A stretch of 12,130 nt of DNA from an uncultured archaeon (GTDB taxonomy: Archaea; Thermoproteota; EX4484-205; JAAOZP01), in the NCBI GenBank assembly GCA_938045545.1, contig CALIBN010000044.1, positions 1-12,130 on the forward strand. The letters are read 5' to 3'. A program made the position numbers and the translations under genes. Under the pieces are notes generated by a model. The model was not told the DNA's origin. It was given only the letters and a program-made list of their open reading frames with translations, and searched no databases. Below, one piece after another: positions 1 through 7,940 of this stretch (the first letter of the stretch is position 1; each line of letters starts with the position of its first letter).

Positions 1-851
1 GGGTCTACAACAGGCTTCTCAGAGTAAGCGTATATCGTGCCGGATGTTCCGAGGCTAGCGGTCACAATGCCTCTTCGCACGTTGCCCGTTCCAATCGCGC
101 CCATCATGTTGTCCCCTCCTCCAGCGCTAACTATGACATCGTCTCTGAATCCAAACTCTTCAGCCACCTCCCTCCTGATTCTTCCAGCAGGCTTATCAGA
201 CGCCTGCAGGGGGGGCAGCATGCTCCTGAGCCCCGGGTCGATCGCGTCAATAACCTTCCTGCACCATGCTCTTCTCCTAACGTCCATCATTGCTGTTCCA
301 GATGCGTCGCCATACTCCATAACCATGTTTCCAGTTAAATAGTAGTTCAAATAGTCATGGGGCAGAAGAACGTGGCGTAGCCTAGCATAGTTTCCAGGCT
401 CGTTCCTCTTAAGCCAGAGTATCTTGGGGGCAGTATAGCCTGGGAGAATCGGGTTCCCCATCAGTCTTAAAACATTCCTGACTCCGCCGAGCCTCCTGGT
501 CAAGTACTTGCATTCTTCAGCCGTGCTAGTATCGTTCCAGAGCTTCGCAGGCCTTATAACCATACCGTTCTCATCTAGGGGGACCAGGCCGTGCTGCTGG
601 CCTGAAACCCCTATAGCCCTAACACTCCCAGGGTCTATTTTCGTCTTAGATAAAACTTCCTTAACGGTTTTATGGAAAGCGTTAATCCAAACCTGGGGGT
701 CCTGCTCCTTGTGGCCTGGTGGAAGATTCTCTATCAAGCCATAGTTTTCAACAGCTTTGCCAACCACGGCGCCGGTCTCCCCGTTTACAAGCAGGGTCTT
801 CATGCTTTGCGTACCCAAGTCTACTCCGATGAAATACGCATCTCCCTCCAT
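1..851 (-). CDS. xylB: Xylulokinase (FGGY carbohydrate kinase), 5' part; runs off the left edge
   Basis: Manual translation from ATG at 851: MEGDAYFIGVDLGTQSMKTLL...HKEQDPQVW...AIGVSGQQHGLVPLDENGMVIRPAKLWNDTST...GYTAPKILWLKRNEP...LLPHDYLNYYLTG...EYGDASGT...SAGGGDNMMGAIGTG...SLGTSGT. The DLGT phosphate loop, SGQQHG, LWNDT, TAPKILW, DASGT and GGGDN motifs match D-xylulose kinases. The frame is open to the window edge. Confidence 0.9.
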   Translation of the reverse strand, partial: MEGDAYFIGVDLGTQSMKTLLVNGETGAVVGKAVENYGLIENLPPGHKEQDPQVWINAFHKTVKEVLSKTKIDPGSVRAIGVSGQQHGLVPLDENGMVIRPAKLWNDTSTAEECKYLTRRLGGVRNVLRLMGNPILPGYTAPKILWLKRNEPGNYARLRHVLLPHDYLNYYLTGNMVMEYGDASGTAMMDVRRRAWCRKVIDAIDPGLRSMLPPLQASDKPAGRIRREVAEEFGFRDDVIVSAGGGDNMMGAIGTGNVRRGIVTASLGTSGTIYAYSEKPVVD

Positions 852-870
852 TTGCCCGCTTCGAAAATGA

Positions 871-895
871 ATTATCGATATAATATTTAAACTTA
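871..895 (-). promoter_or_regulatory. Putative TATA promoter of xylB with an overlapping imperfect palindrome
   Basis: The minus strand reads AAGTTTAAATATTATATCGATAAT. TTTAAATA (891-884) ends 32 nt before the ATG, and ATTATCGATATAAT (871-884) is near-palindromic. Confidence 0.5.
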
Positions 896-997
896 AAAAC
901 GGTTCACCTAATTAAAGGGTAAGCCTGTTGGTGGACCGCTGGAAACGCGTTTAAACCAGGTCGATTTATAGTAGAATTTTTTCTCAAGCCCTTGTTT

Positions 998-2062
998 TTA
1001 TCGAAATGAGTCTTCGATTATTTGGTTCGCATTCAGGTTTAAAACGATCTCAGCGATATCGCTTGCATACTCTATCGTTCTACGTATGCTTTCTACAATC
1101 ATTCTTAGGCTGGATGTTTTTGAGGCGTCCGGCCTCTTGTAAATGAGCTTCGTGAGCCTGCTTTCCATAAGGGATACTGCCTTTGCTTTCGAGATGACGC
1201 TGTCGGCCAATAGATAGTTTTTCTCACACAGTGATTTTACAGCATCATTGAAAATCGACATCGAGAAAAGGCTCATTTCAGATATTCTTTTCAAAACCGG
1301 TGTTTCAATGCTTCCACCTATTGCCACGACGTTTTCAGCTATTTTAACCGCGTGGTCAGCTATCCTCTCGACAAATTTCACTATTACTCGGTATCCTAGG
1401 CAATCCTTGGGGTTGGAAAGACCTATTTCCCTAAGTATCCGCTCATTCTGTACAGCCATCTTCAACTGTCGTATCACGTAAAGACCGAAACGGTCAACCT
1501 CATCGTCCAGCGTAATAACGTTTTGAGCAAGCTTTTCATCAGATTCCCTTAACGCTTTCAATGCATCGCTATGCATAGAGGCAGTTATGAGACACATACG
1601 TCTCAAAGCATTTTCAACAGAAAGCTCGGGATAACTGACCAGGATTTGCAATACAATCTCGTTTTCAGAATCCGAGATCGTTTCGACACCAACGAGCTTT
1701 CTCCGCGTGAAGTCTTTAAGCAGATTTCTCTGAAGAGAAGTTATGTTTTCACCTGAGGTTTTAACTCTGATCAGGTTGTATCCTATGAGGTAAAGCGCAA
1801 TTATTTTACGCATGACCGTGTCAGGATTGTCTTTCTGCGATATTTTGATAGTTGCTTCAGCTGGTCTCTCCGGATTAACAAGCGCTTTTGGAGTCAGGGT
1901 TAGCGAAATACCACTTTCAGAAATTGCAAGCTGGTCCCCGGCATTCAGCTTCATCCTAGTCACCCAAGCCTTTGGCAGAGACACTATGTATGTTGATTTG
2001 CCCGTCAATTGAATCTTTCTTATTTCTTCACCCGTTTTCTTGGGGTTCTCGCTTTTTATCAT
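998..2062 (-). CDS. Archaeal phosphate uptake regulator (N-terminal AbrB/SpoVT-like DNA-binding domain plus two PhoU domains)
   Basis: N-terminal RKIQLTGKSTYIVSLPKAWV (AbrB-like). PhoU repeats include LDDEVDRFG...ERIADHAVKIAE and ESIRRTIEYASDIAE. The gene is divergent from pstS. Confidence 0.9.
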   Translation of the reverse strand: MIKSENPKKTGEEIRKIQLTGKSTYIVSLPKAWVTRMKLNAGDQLAISESGISLTLTPKALVNPERPAEATIKISQKDNPDTVMRKIIALYLIGYNLIRVKTSGENITSLQRNLLKDFTRRKLVGVETISDSENEIVLQILVSYPELSVENALRRMCLITASMHSDALKALRESDEKLAQNVITLDDEVDRFGLYVIRQLKMAVQNERILREIGLSNPKDCLGYRVIVKFVERIADHAVKIAENVVAIGGSIETPVLKRISEMSLFSMSIFNDAVKSLCEKNYLLADSVISKAKAVSLMESRLTKLIYKRPDASKTSSLRMIVESIRRTIEYASDIAEIVLNLNANQIIEDSFR

Positions 2063-2076
2063 CTTTTACCCCCCTG

Positions 2077-2128
2077 TCTATATAGATTATTCATTGCTAT
2101 ATATTCTACGTGGCCAAGGTATATATAG
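2077..2128. promoter_or_regulatory. Back-to-back promoters of the regulator and pstS, with three TATATA-core motifs
   Basis: TCTATATAGA palindrome at 2077-2086, CTATATAT at 2097-2104 and its inverted copy ATATATAG at 2121-2128. SD-like GGTGAT at 2149-2154 precedes the pstS ATG, and GGGGGGT precedes the regulator ATG. Confidence 0.65.
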
Positions 2129-2159
2129 TTTACGGCATGTCCTACTCCGGTGATAAAGC

Positions 2160-3269
2160 ATGAACCGTAGAATAATCATCGTCCTGCTGGTCGCGATAAC
2201 AATAGTGGCGGGAATATTCCTAGCCTACCAGCAGTTTACAACGCCTCAGAGAACCATAACCTTGAACGGCGCAGGCGCTACCTTCCCATTCCCGTTAATA
2301 GACAAATGGGTATCGGAATACAGTAAAATCAAGCCGAACATTATAATTAACTACCAATCTATTGGAAGCGGGGGAGGAATAAGGCAGCATATGGAAAAGA
2401 CGGTTTATTTCGCGGCAAGCGACGCTCCCCTGGCTCTAGAACAAGCTTCCAAAGCTCCAGACACGCTGCACGTACCTTTCACCATAGGAGGAGTTGTAAT
2501 AATATACAATTTGCCTGGGATAACGAAGGGCCTAAATTTCTCCGGGGAAGTCATAGTGGACATTTTTATAGGCAGGATAACCCGTTGGAACGATCCAAGA
2601 CTTCAAGAGCTAAATGCTGGAGTTAACCTGCCTAATGAGAACATTATCGTGGTGCACAGGTCAGATGGGAGTGGTACGACATTTGTTTTCACAGACTATC
2701 TCTCTGAAGTCAGTGTAGAGTGGAAAACGAAAGTTGGAAAAGGCACGGTCGTTAACTGGCCGATAGGCTTAGGGGGAAAGGGAAACGAAGGGGTTGCTGG
2801 ACTCGTATCTCAGACCCCGTATTCCATAGGCTACGTAGAGTTCACTTACGCCAAGAAGAACAATATTCCATGGGGTTACGTGAAGAATGCTGCTGGAGAA
2901 TTTGTAGAACCTAGTTTGGAATCATTCAGGGCTGCCGCTGCTGCTGCAGCAGTAAACCTTCCCAAAGGGGATGCGGTCTGGGCGGATGTGTCGATAATAC
3001 GTAACGTCGTGCATAACAAACAGGCAATCGGAGCATATCCGATAACCAGTTTCTCATACTTCCTTGTCTACAAGGATTTGAAGGTGCTTCCAGACATGGA
3101 TGAGGAGATGGCCAGGGGGCTAGTGGAATTCCTATGGTGGACAATACATGAGGGGCAAAACTATTCCGCTGAATTAGACTATGTCCCATTGCCTTCGAAC
3201 GTTGTGACGCATAATGAGGAGACGCTCAAGATGGTGGTTTTCGACGGGAAGCAATTGCTCAAGGGTTAG
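2160..3269 (+). CDS. pstS: Phosphate ABC transporter substrate-binding protein with an N-terminal membrane anchor/signal
   Basis: Motifs GAGATFPFP, YQSIGSGGG, FAASDAPL, HRSDGSGTT, GNEGVAG and YPITSFSY. The N-terminus is basic then hydrophobic (MNRRIIIVLLVAITIVAGIFLAY). Confidence 0.96.
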   Translation: MNRRIIIVLLVAITIVAGIFLAYQQFTTPQRTITLNGAGATFPFPLIDKWVSEYSKIKPNIIINYQSIGSGGGIRQHMEKTVYFAASDAPLALEQASKAPDTLHVPFTIGGVVIIYNLPGITKGLNFSGEVIVDIFIGRITRWNDPRLQELNAGVNLPNENIIVVHRSDGSGTTFVFTDYLSEVSVEWKTKVGKGTVVNWPIGLGGKGNEGVAGLVSQTPYSIGYVEFTYAKKNNIPWGYVKNAAGEFVEPSLESFRAAAAAAAVNLPKGDAVWADVSIIRNVVHNKQAIGAYPITSFSYFLVYKDLKVLPDMDEEMARGLVEFLWWTIHEGQNYSAELDYVPLPSNVVTHNEETLKMVVFDGKQLLKG

Positions 3270-3281
3270 AGGGAAAACACG

Positions 3282-4247
3282 TTGGCTCTGAAAAAATATT
3301 ATTTTCATAAAATCCTTAATGGGGAGTTTAAAGGCGACGACATGTTTAAACTTGTGAGCAACTTTTTCGCTTTAAGCATTCTACTGATTACTGGGCTAAT
3401 GGTTTACGAGCTTGTTAAAGGGTCATGGCTCTCTATACAAAGATTTGGACCATGGTTTATAGTAGGCACGGTTTGGGATCCGGTTTTCACCCAGACGTTC
3501 AGCACTCTCCCGCTCATACTCGGAACTCTGACAACTTCCCTCATAGCTCTTGCAATAGGTGTACCGATAAGCATTGGAGTAGGACTTTTGCTTTCAGAGT
3601 ATGCTCCTAAACGGTTCGCTTGGCTAGTTTCCTTCTTAGTCGAGCTTTTGGCTGCTATCCCAAGCGTTATCTATGGTCTATGGGGCATATTCATATTAAT
3701 CCCGTTTCTTCGACACAACGCTTATCCTTTTATCCAATCGGCTTTAGGATTCTTGCCCCTGTTCTCAGGCCCAATATACGGAGGAGGGGTGCTCACAGCA
3801 GGGATAGTTCTTGCAATAATGATCATCCCGATAGTATCATCTGTTTCAAGAGACGTTTTTACGGCGGTGCCAAGGTCGCAGCGTGAAGCCGTGATCTCTC
3901 TAGGTGCCACGAAATGGGAGACCTGTAAGATTGTAATGAGCTACGCTAGATCCGGGATCATAGGGGCAATCATACTTGGCCTAGGACGTGCAATAGGTGA
4001 AACTATGGCTGTTACAATGGTAATAGGAAACAAGTTCAAGATCCTCCCCAGCTCGCTTTTCGATGCTTGGTATACTATGGCAGCTATTATAGCTAACGAG
4101 TTTACTGAGGCTACTTACGATCTTTATGTCAGCGCTCTGATTGAAGTGGGTCTAGTGCTTTTAATGGTTTCCCTGATAGTGAACATTTTAGCCAGGCTAT
4201 TGATCTGGAGGATGATGAAGTTCGTCAGAGGAGTGGTGCAGGAATGA
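3282..4247 (+). CDS. pstC: Phosphate ABC transporter permease
   Basis: Multi-TM protein with ELLAAIPSVIYGLWG, the EAA-like loop REAVISLGATKWET, and GRAIGETMAV. TTG start after GAGGG; ATG at 3342 is an alternative start. Confidence 0.95.
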   Translation: MALKKYYFHKILNGEFKGDDMFKLVSNFFALSILLITGLMVYELVKGSWLSIQRFGPWFIVGTVWDPVFTQTFSTLPLILGTLTTSLIALAIGVPISIGVGLLLSEYAPKRFAWLVSFLVELLAAIPSVIYGLWGIFILIPFLRHNAYPFIQSALGFLPLFSGPIYGGGVLTAGIVLAIMIIPIVSSVSRDVFTAVPRSQREAVISLGATKWETCKIVMSYARSGIIGAIILGLGRAIGETMAVTMVIGNKFKILPSSLFDAWYTMAAIIANEFTEATYDLYVSALIEVGLVLLMVSLIVNILARLLIWRMMKFVRGVVQE

Positions 4248-5074
4248 GGGATAGTTACAGCATCAGAAGGATAAAGGATCGTCTCATGCTCATCCTCGTC
4301 TGGTCTTCGCTCATACTAGCGTTAATACCGTTGTTCAGCATACTTTTAGAGGTGTTTTTTAATGGGGTACGCGCCATAAGCTTGGAATTCTTCATCCTTC
4401 CAACACCCACCGTGGGTGAAACCGGGGGTATTGCAAACGCTATTCAGGGTACTCTTGTAACGCTCGGCTTAGCGTCCCTAATGGGTGTTCCAATAGGATT
4501 GATGACTGGTGTTTTTTTAAGCGAATATGGTGGCTCTAAACTGTCATATCTAGTCAGGTTTATTAACGATGTCTTGACTGGTCTTCCCTCGATAGTCATC
4601 GGGATTTTCGGATACACTCTTATAGTTGCCTCCATCGGGTTCTCCGTAGTAGCCGCATCCTTCGCCCTTGCCATAATAATGATTCCAATAGTCGCCCGAA
4701 CAACCGAGGAGGCTTTAAAACTCGTGCCCGCTTCAATTAGAGAAGCAGCACTCGCCCTGGGAATTCAGCGGTGGAAGACCACCGTCTTCATTGTTCTAAG
4801 CGGTGCTAAGAAAGGCATAGTCACAGGGGTACTGCTGGCGTTGGCGAGAATCGCAGGAGAATCGGCGCCCATATTGGTGACCATGGGTTATTGGAGGTGG
4901 TGGTTCTCCGGGTTTAATAAACCAGTTTCCAACCTTGCTTTAAACATCTATTTGTTTGCCATATCTCCTTTTGAAAACTGGCGTGTTCTTGCATGGGGCT
5001 CCGCCCTTTTCCTTATGGTGCTAATGCTGGGGATAAACATATTAATACGGGTCTTGACGAGGGAGAAGTATTGA
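4244..5074 (+). CDS. pstA: Phosphate ABC transporter permease
   Basis: Motifs [18 protein letters not shown] and [13 protein letters not shown] overlap with the pstC stop indicates translational coupling. Confidence 0.95.
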   Translation: MRDSYSIRRIKDRLMLILVWSSLILALIPLFSILLEVFFNGVRAISLEFFILPTPTVGETGGIANAIQGTLVTLGLASLMGVPIGLMTGVFLSEYGGSKLSYLVRFINDVLTGLPSIVIGIFGYTLIVASIGFSVVAASFALAIIMIPIVARTTEEALKLVPASIREAALALGIQRWKTTVFIVLSGAKKGIVTGVLLALARIAGESAPILVTMGYWRWWFSGFNKPVSNLALNIYLFAISPFENWRVLAWGSALFLMVLMLGINILIRVLTREKY

Positions 5075-5075
5075 A

Positions 5076-5858
5076 ATGGTAATGCAGTACGAGCTTAAGA
5101 CCATGTATAAGTTTGAAGTTGAAGACCTCAATGCCTGGTTTGGTTCCAAACAGGTGTTGAAGAATATTAGAATGAAGATTAGAGACAGAAAGGTTACTGC
5201 AATAATAGGACCCTCAGGTTGTGGAAAGACAACCCTACTAAGATGTTTAAACAGGATGCATGAAACAACTCCGAACGCCAGGGTTTCGGGAAAAGTATTT
5301 TTCAACGGCATTAATATATACGATGAGGATGTTGATCCTGTTCAAATAAGGCGTAAGATGGGCATGATTTTTCAAAAGCCCAATCCCTTTCCAATGATGT
5401 CGATATACGATAATGTTGCCATAGGCTTAAGGCTGAATGGTGTTAAAGACAGGAAGAAGCTCGATTCAATTGTAGAAAGATGCCTGAGGATGGTTGGCCT
5501 TTGGGAGGAGGTTAAAGATGAGCTTAATGCATCGGGAGTTAGTCTTTCCGGTGGACAGCAGCAAAGACTCTGCATTGCCCGAGCACTAGCCGTTGAGCCG
5601 GAGGTGATTTTGATGGATGAGCCTACTTCCGCTTTGGATCCAATCTCGGCTGCAAAAATAGAAATGCTTATTAGGAATCTGGCTAAAGATTACACGGTTG
5701 TAATAGTTACTCACAATATGCAACAGGCTGCGCGCGTCTCAGACTACACTGCTTTTCTCTACCTCGGAGAACTCGTGGAATACGGGCCTACGAAGCAGAT
5801 CTTCGAAAAACCGAGGAATGAGTTGACTGAGAAATACATTACTGGATCCTTTGGATAG
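5076..5858 (+). CDS. pstB: Phosphate ABC transporter ATP-binding protein
   Basis: Walker [17 protein letters not shown], signature [13 protein letters not shown], Walker [13 protein letters not shown]-loop VTHNMQQA and C-terminal YITGSFG. The start could be a nearby downstream ATG (5082 or 5103). Confidence 0.97.
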   Translation: MVMQYELKTMYKFEVEDLNAWFGSKQVLKNIRMKIRDRKVTAIIGPSGCGKTTLLRCLNRMHETTPNARVSGKVFFNGINIYDEDVDPVQIRRKMGMIFQKPNPFPMMSIYDNVAIGLRLNGVKDRKKLDSIVERCLRMVGLWEEVKDELNASGVSLSGGQQQRLCIARALAVEPEVILMDEPTSALDPISAAKIEMLIRNLAKDYTVVIVTHNMQQAARVSDYTAFLYLGELVEYGPTKQIFEKPRNELTEKYITGSFG

Positions 5859-6511
5859 TGGGAACAATGGGCAGATTGATTGACTCGGGTTTAGAGCAGG
5901 TAAGGAACATGCTTGTCAGAATGAGTAGTCTTGCTCACGAAGCAATCTCGCTGTCTCTCGAAGGATATATCAATGGCGTAAGCACTTATTTGAAAGTTCA
6001 AGAAACATCAGAAATTTTGGTTTCGACGAGCGATGAAGTTGAAGACAGGGTTTTCGAGCTGATTGCACGGTTTCAGCCGGTTGCATCCGACCTGAGGCTT
6101 TTAAAATCCTATATGAAAATATCATATAACTTGGCTAGATATGGAAGGTACGCACTGGACATATCGCAAATCTACGAGAAGCTCGACGGGCTGGGGCTTT
6201 GTGAAGACTGGGTTAGAAAACACGTTGAGGAAATGGCCGGGAAAGTGCTGGAGATGATTCGCTTAAGCATCGACCTGCTTGAAGAACGTGATGTTAAAAT
6301 GGCTAAGCCTCTTTCTGAATTAGAGAAACAAGTCGACGAGATGTATTTTAAATTTTTGGATAAGCTGATTGATGAAACATCGGGCGTAACCAAGTGCATA
6401 ATCTCAAGCGTTCTGGTGGTAAGGTATCTCGAGAGAATAGCTGACCACGCGACCTACATAGGTGAGTCAATAGTTTACATTGTTACCGGGGAAAGAATCA
6501 TGCTGAGATGA
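5858..6511 (+). CDS. phoU: Phosphate transport system regulatory protein PhoU
   Basis: ARFQPVASDLR and YLERIADHATYIGE motifs; last gene of the pst operon. The GTG overlaps the pstB stop, and ATG at 5867 is the likelier start. Confidence 0.93.
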   Translation: MGTMGRLIDSGLEQVRNMLVRMSSLAHEAISLSLEGYINGVSTYLKVQETSEILVSTSDEVEDRVFELIARFQPVASDLRLLKSYMKISYNLARYGRYALDISQIYEKLDGLGLCEDWVRKHVEEMAGKVLEMIRLSIDLLEERDVKMAKPLSELEKQVDEMYFKFLDKLIDETSGVTKCIISSVLVVRYLERIADHATYIGESIVYIVTGERIMLR

Positions 6512-6538
6512 TGGAGGCGAGCTAATCTCTACTTGGAT

Positions 6539-6555
6539 CAAATTTTATTATATAG
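6539..6555 (+). promoter_or_regulatory. Putative BRE/TATA of the CE7 esterase gene
   Basis: CAAATTTTATTATATAG about 20-30 nt upstream of the ATG at 6574. Confidence 0.55.
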
Positions 6556-6573
6556 GAGCTGGGCCGTCTCAAC

Positions 6574-7530
6574 ATGCCAATAGTTGATCTTCCACTGGAA
6601 CAGCTTAAGGTTTACAAGCCCCCGCTAACAAGGAGGAGCGATTTCCAAAGCTTTTGGGATGACAACAGGAAGCTATCCGAGGAGCAGCCCTTAAACCCTG
6701 TTTTAAAAAGTCTAAAGTATCCTGTGAAAAAGCTTGAAGCATACATGCTTTCCTTCGACGGTTTCATAGATGGGACTCCTGTGAGCTCCTGGTTCCTGAA
6801 ACCAGTTGGAGAAGGGCCTTTCCCGGCGATTCTCATCCTTCACGGCTACGGCGGGAACAGGGGCACTATCTCCGACCACTTAGGCTGGATTCTCCAGGGG
6901 GTTGCTGTGATGGCGATAGACGTAAGGGGGCAATTCGGCGATACGCCTGACTTCGCGAAATACCCGTCTGGAAGCATTACGGGGCATATGACTAAGGGCA
7001 TTCTTGACAAGAACACCTATTACTACAGGTATGCCTACATGGATTGCGTCCGTGCACTCAGGGTTCTATCGGATATTGAGGATGTTGACGAGAACCGGAT
7101 TGGCGTGACTGGAGCCAGCCAGGGAGGAGGTTTAACGCTAGTGGTCTCAGCACTGGGTGGAAAGGTCTCGTTATCTCTCCCTGAAATACCCTTTTTATGT
7201 CACTTCGAAAGGGCTGTTGAGGTCGCGGCTTCAGACCCATACTTGGAGATACCCCGCTATCTCAAAACGCATCCCGACATGGTTGAGAAGGTTTTTGAAA
7301 CACTCTCCTACTTCGACGCGATGAACTTTGCTCCAGATATTAAGTGTCCAGTCCTCATGTCGGTCGGACTCCTGGATACCGTGTGTCCTCCTTCAACCGT
7401 TTTCGCAACTTTCAACAATCTGGCTTCAGGAACAAAGGAGTTGGCGGTCTACCCTGGGATGGGCCATGAGTCTCACAGCGTACATAGGGAGAGGAAAATA
7501 GAGTGGGTTGACAAGCACCTGTTTCAATAA
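6574..7530 (+). CDS. CE7-family acetyl xylan esterase / cephalosporin-C deacetylase (alpha/beta hydrolase), cytoplasmic
   Basis: All three CE7 hallmark motifs are present: RGQ (DVRGQ), GxSQG nucleophile (GASQGG) and HE (GHE). Also LHGYGG, YYYRYAYMD, TLSYFD and the catalytic Asp in DTVCPPST. No signal peptide. Confidence 0.92.
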   Translation: MPIVDLPLEQLKVYKPPLTRRSDFQSFWDDNRKLSEEQPLNPVLKSLKYPVKKLEAYMLSFDGFIDGTPVSSWFLKPVGEGPFPAILILHGYGGNRGTISDHLGWILQGVAVMAIDVRGQFGDTPDFAKYPSGSITGHMTKGILDKNTYYYRYAYMDCVRALRVLSDIEDVDENRIGVTGASQGGGLTLVVSALGGKVSLSLPEIPFLCHFERAVEVAASDPYLEIPRYLKTHPDMVEKVFETLSYFDAMNFAPDIKCPVLMSVGLLDTVCPPSTVFATFNNLASGTKELAVYPGMGHESHSVHRERKIEWVDKHLFQ

Positions 7531-7568
7531 GCATCTAAAACCATCTTGCTTGAATCATCTCCCCCTAT

Positions 7569-7582
7569 GAAATGTTTAAAGG
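7569..7582 (+). promoter_or_regulatory. BRE/TATA promoter of the ferritin-like pseudogene
   Basis: GAAA-TG-TTTAAAGG ends 24 nt before ATG 7607, with the same architecture as the other promoters in the window. Confidence 0.55.
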
Positions 7583-7606
7583 AAACCTGTTGTCTGACCC
7601 GTAGGA

Positions 7607-7885
7607 ATGATATCGAAGGTTCCCATTGATTTAGAGAAACTAGGTGAAAGAGACGTTGACAAGGAGTTCTACACGTGGGCATTATTGCTGACTGAACGCT
7701 GAAACCTTTACGAGCAGCTGCCCAGGCTGTAGCCAAGGGGGATGTAAAGAAAGTCCTGCTGGACATAGCTAGGGAGGAGAAGACTTACGTGGGAGAATTA
7801 CAGGCCCTTTGCTGAAAAATAGACAGTGAGCAGGCTCAGGAGCTGGGAAAAGGGGGAAGAAAGCTAAGAAATAACTGGAAAATAA
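7607..7885 (+). pseudogene. Degraded short ferritin-like / rubrerythrin-family gene (encapsulated-ferritin-like fold, about 95 aa ancestral)
   Basis: Frame-hopping translation gives MISKVPIDLEKLGERDVDKE / LHVGIIA / LNA / LYEQL / DVKKVLLDIAREEKTYVGELQAL, then a TGA at 7813, KIDSEQAQELGKG / EITGK* (TAA 7883-7885). This follows the family pattern E-ILRxAIIAELDAINLYEQ...LLDIAxEEKxHVGEFxALL. It has several 1-nt indels, an in-frame stop and a His-to-Tyr change in the EExxH iron motif. Confidence 0.85.
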
Positions 7886-7890
7886 TGCAT

Positions 7891-7934
7891 CTGTTTTAAA
7901 AAAAGAGGGATTTAACAGTCACGGTTCACCGTGG
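7891..7934. terminator. Candidate terminator between convergent units
   Basis: After the GH172 stop on the minus strand there is a small hairpin CACGG-TTCA-CCGTG (7920-7933), then a T7 tract (A-run 7898-7904 on +). A T4 tract on + (7894-7897) follows the pseudogene stop. Confidence 0.45.
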
Positions 7935-7940
7935 CGAGGC

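Noticed and set aside
37-890. Plus-strand ORFs 37-342, 508-744 and 672-890
   Set aside because: They are antisense shadows of the xylulokinase gene, which occupies the minus strand with clear family motifs.
1248-6399. Short alternative-frame and antisense ORFs inside the regulator and pst genes
   Set aside because: They lie within well-supported CDSs and show no motifs, promoters or protein-like composition.
998-6511. Two PhoU-domain genes in one locus treated as a novelty
   Set aside because: An AbrB-PhoU regulator plus a stand-alone PhoU beside pstSCAB is a common archaeal arrangement.
6612-7766. Minus-strand ORFs 6612-6836, 7058-7240 and 7524-7766
   Set aside because: They are antisense to CE7 or to the ferritin-like pseudogene; the plus-strand relic explains 7607-7885 much better.
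7607-7885. Programmed frameshifting or selenocysteine read-through (TGA 7813) rescuing the ferritin-like gene
   Set aside because: Several independent indels plus loss of a metal-ligand His make recoding implausible.
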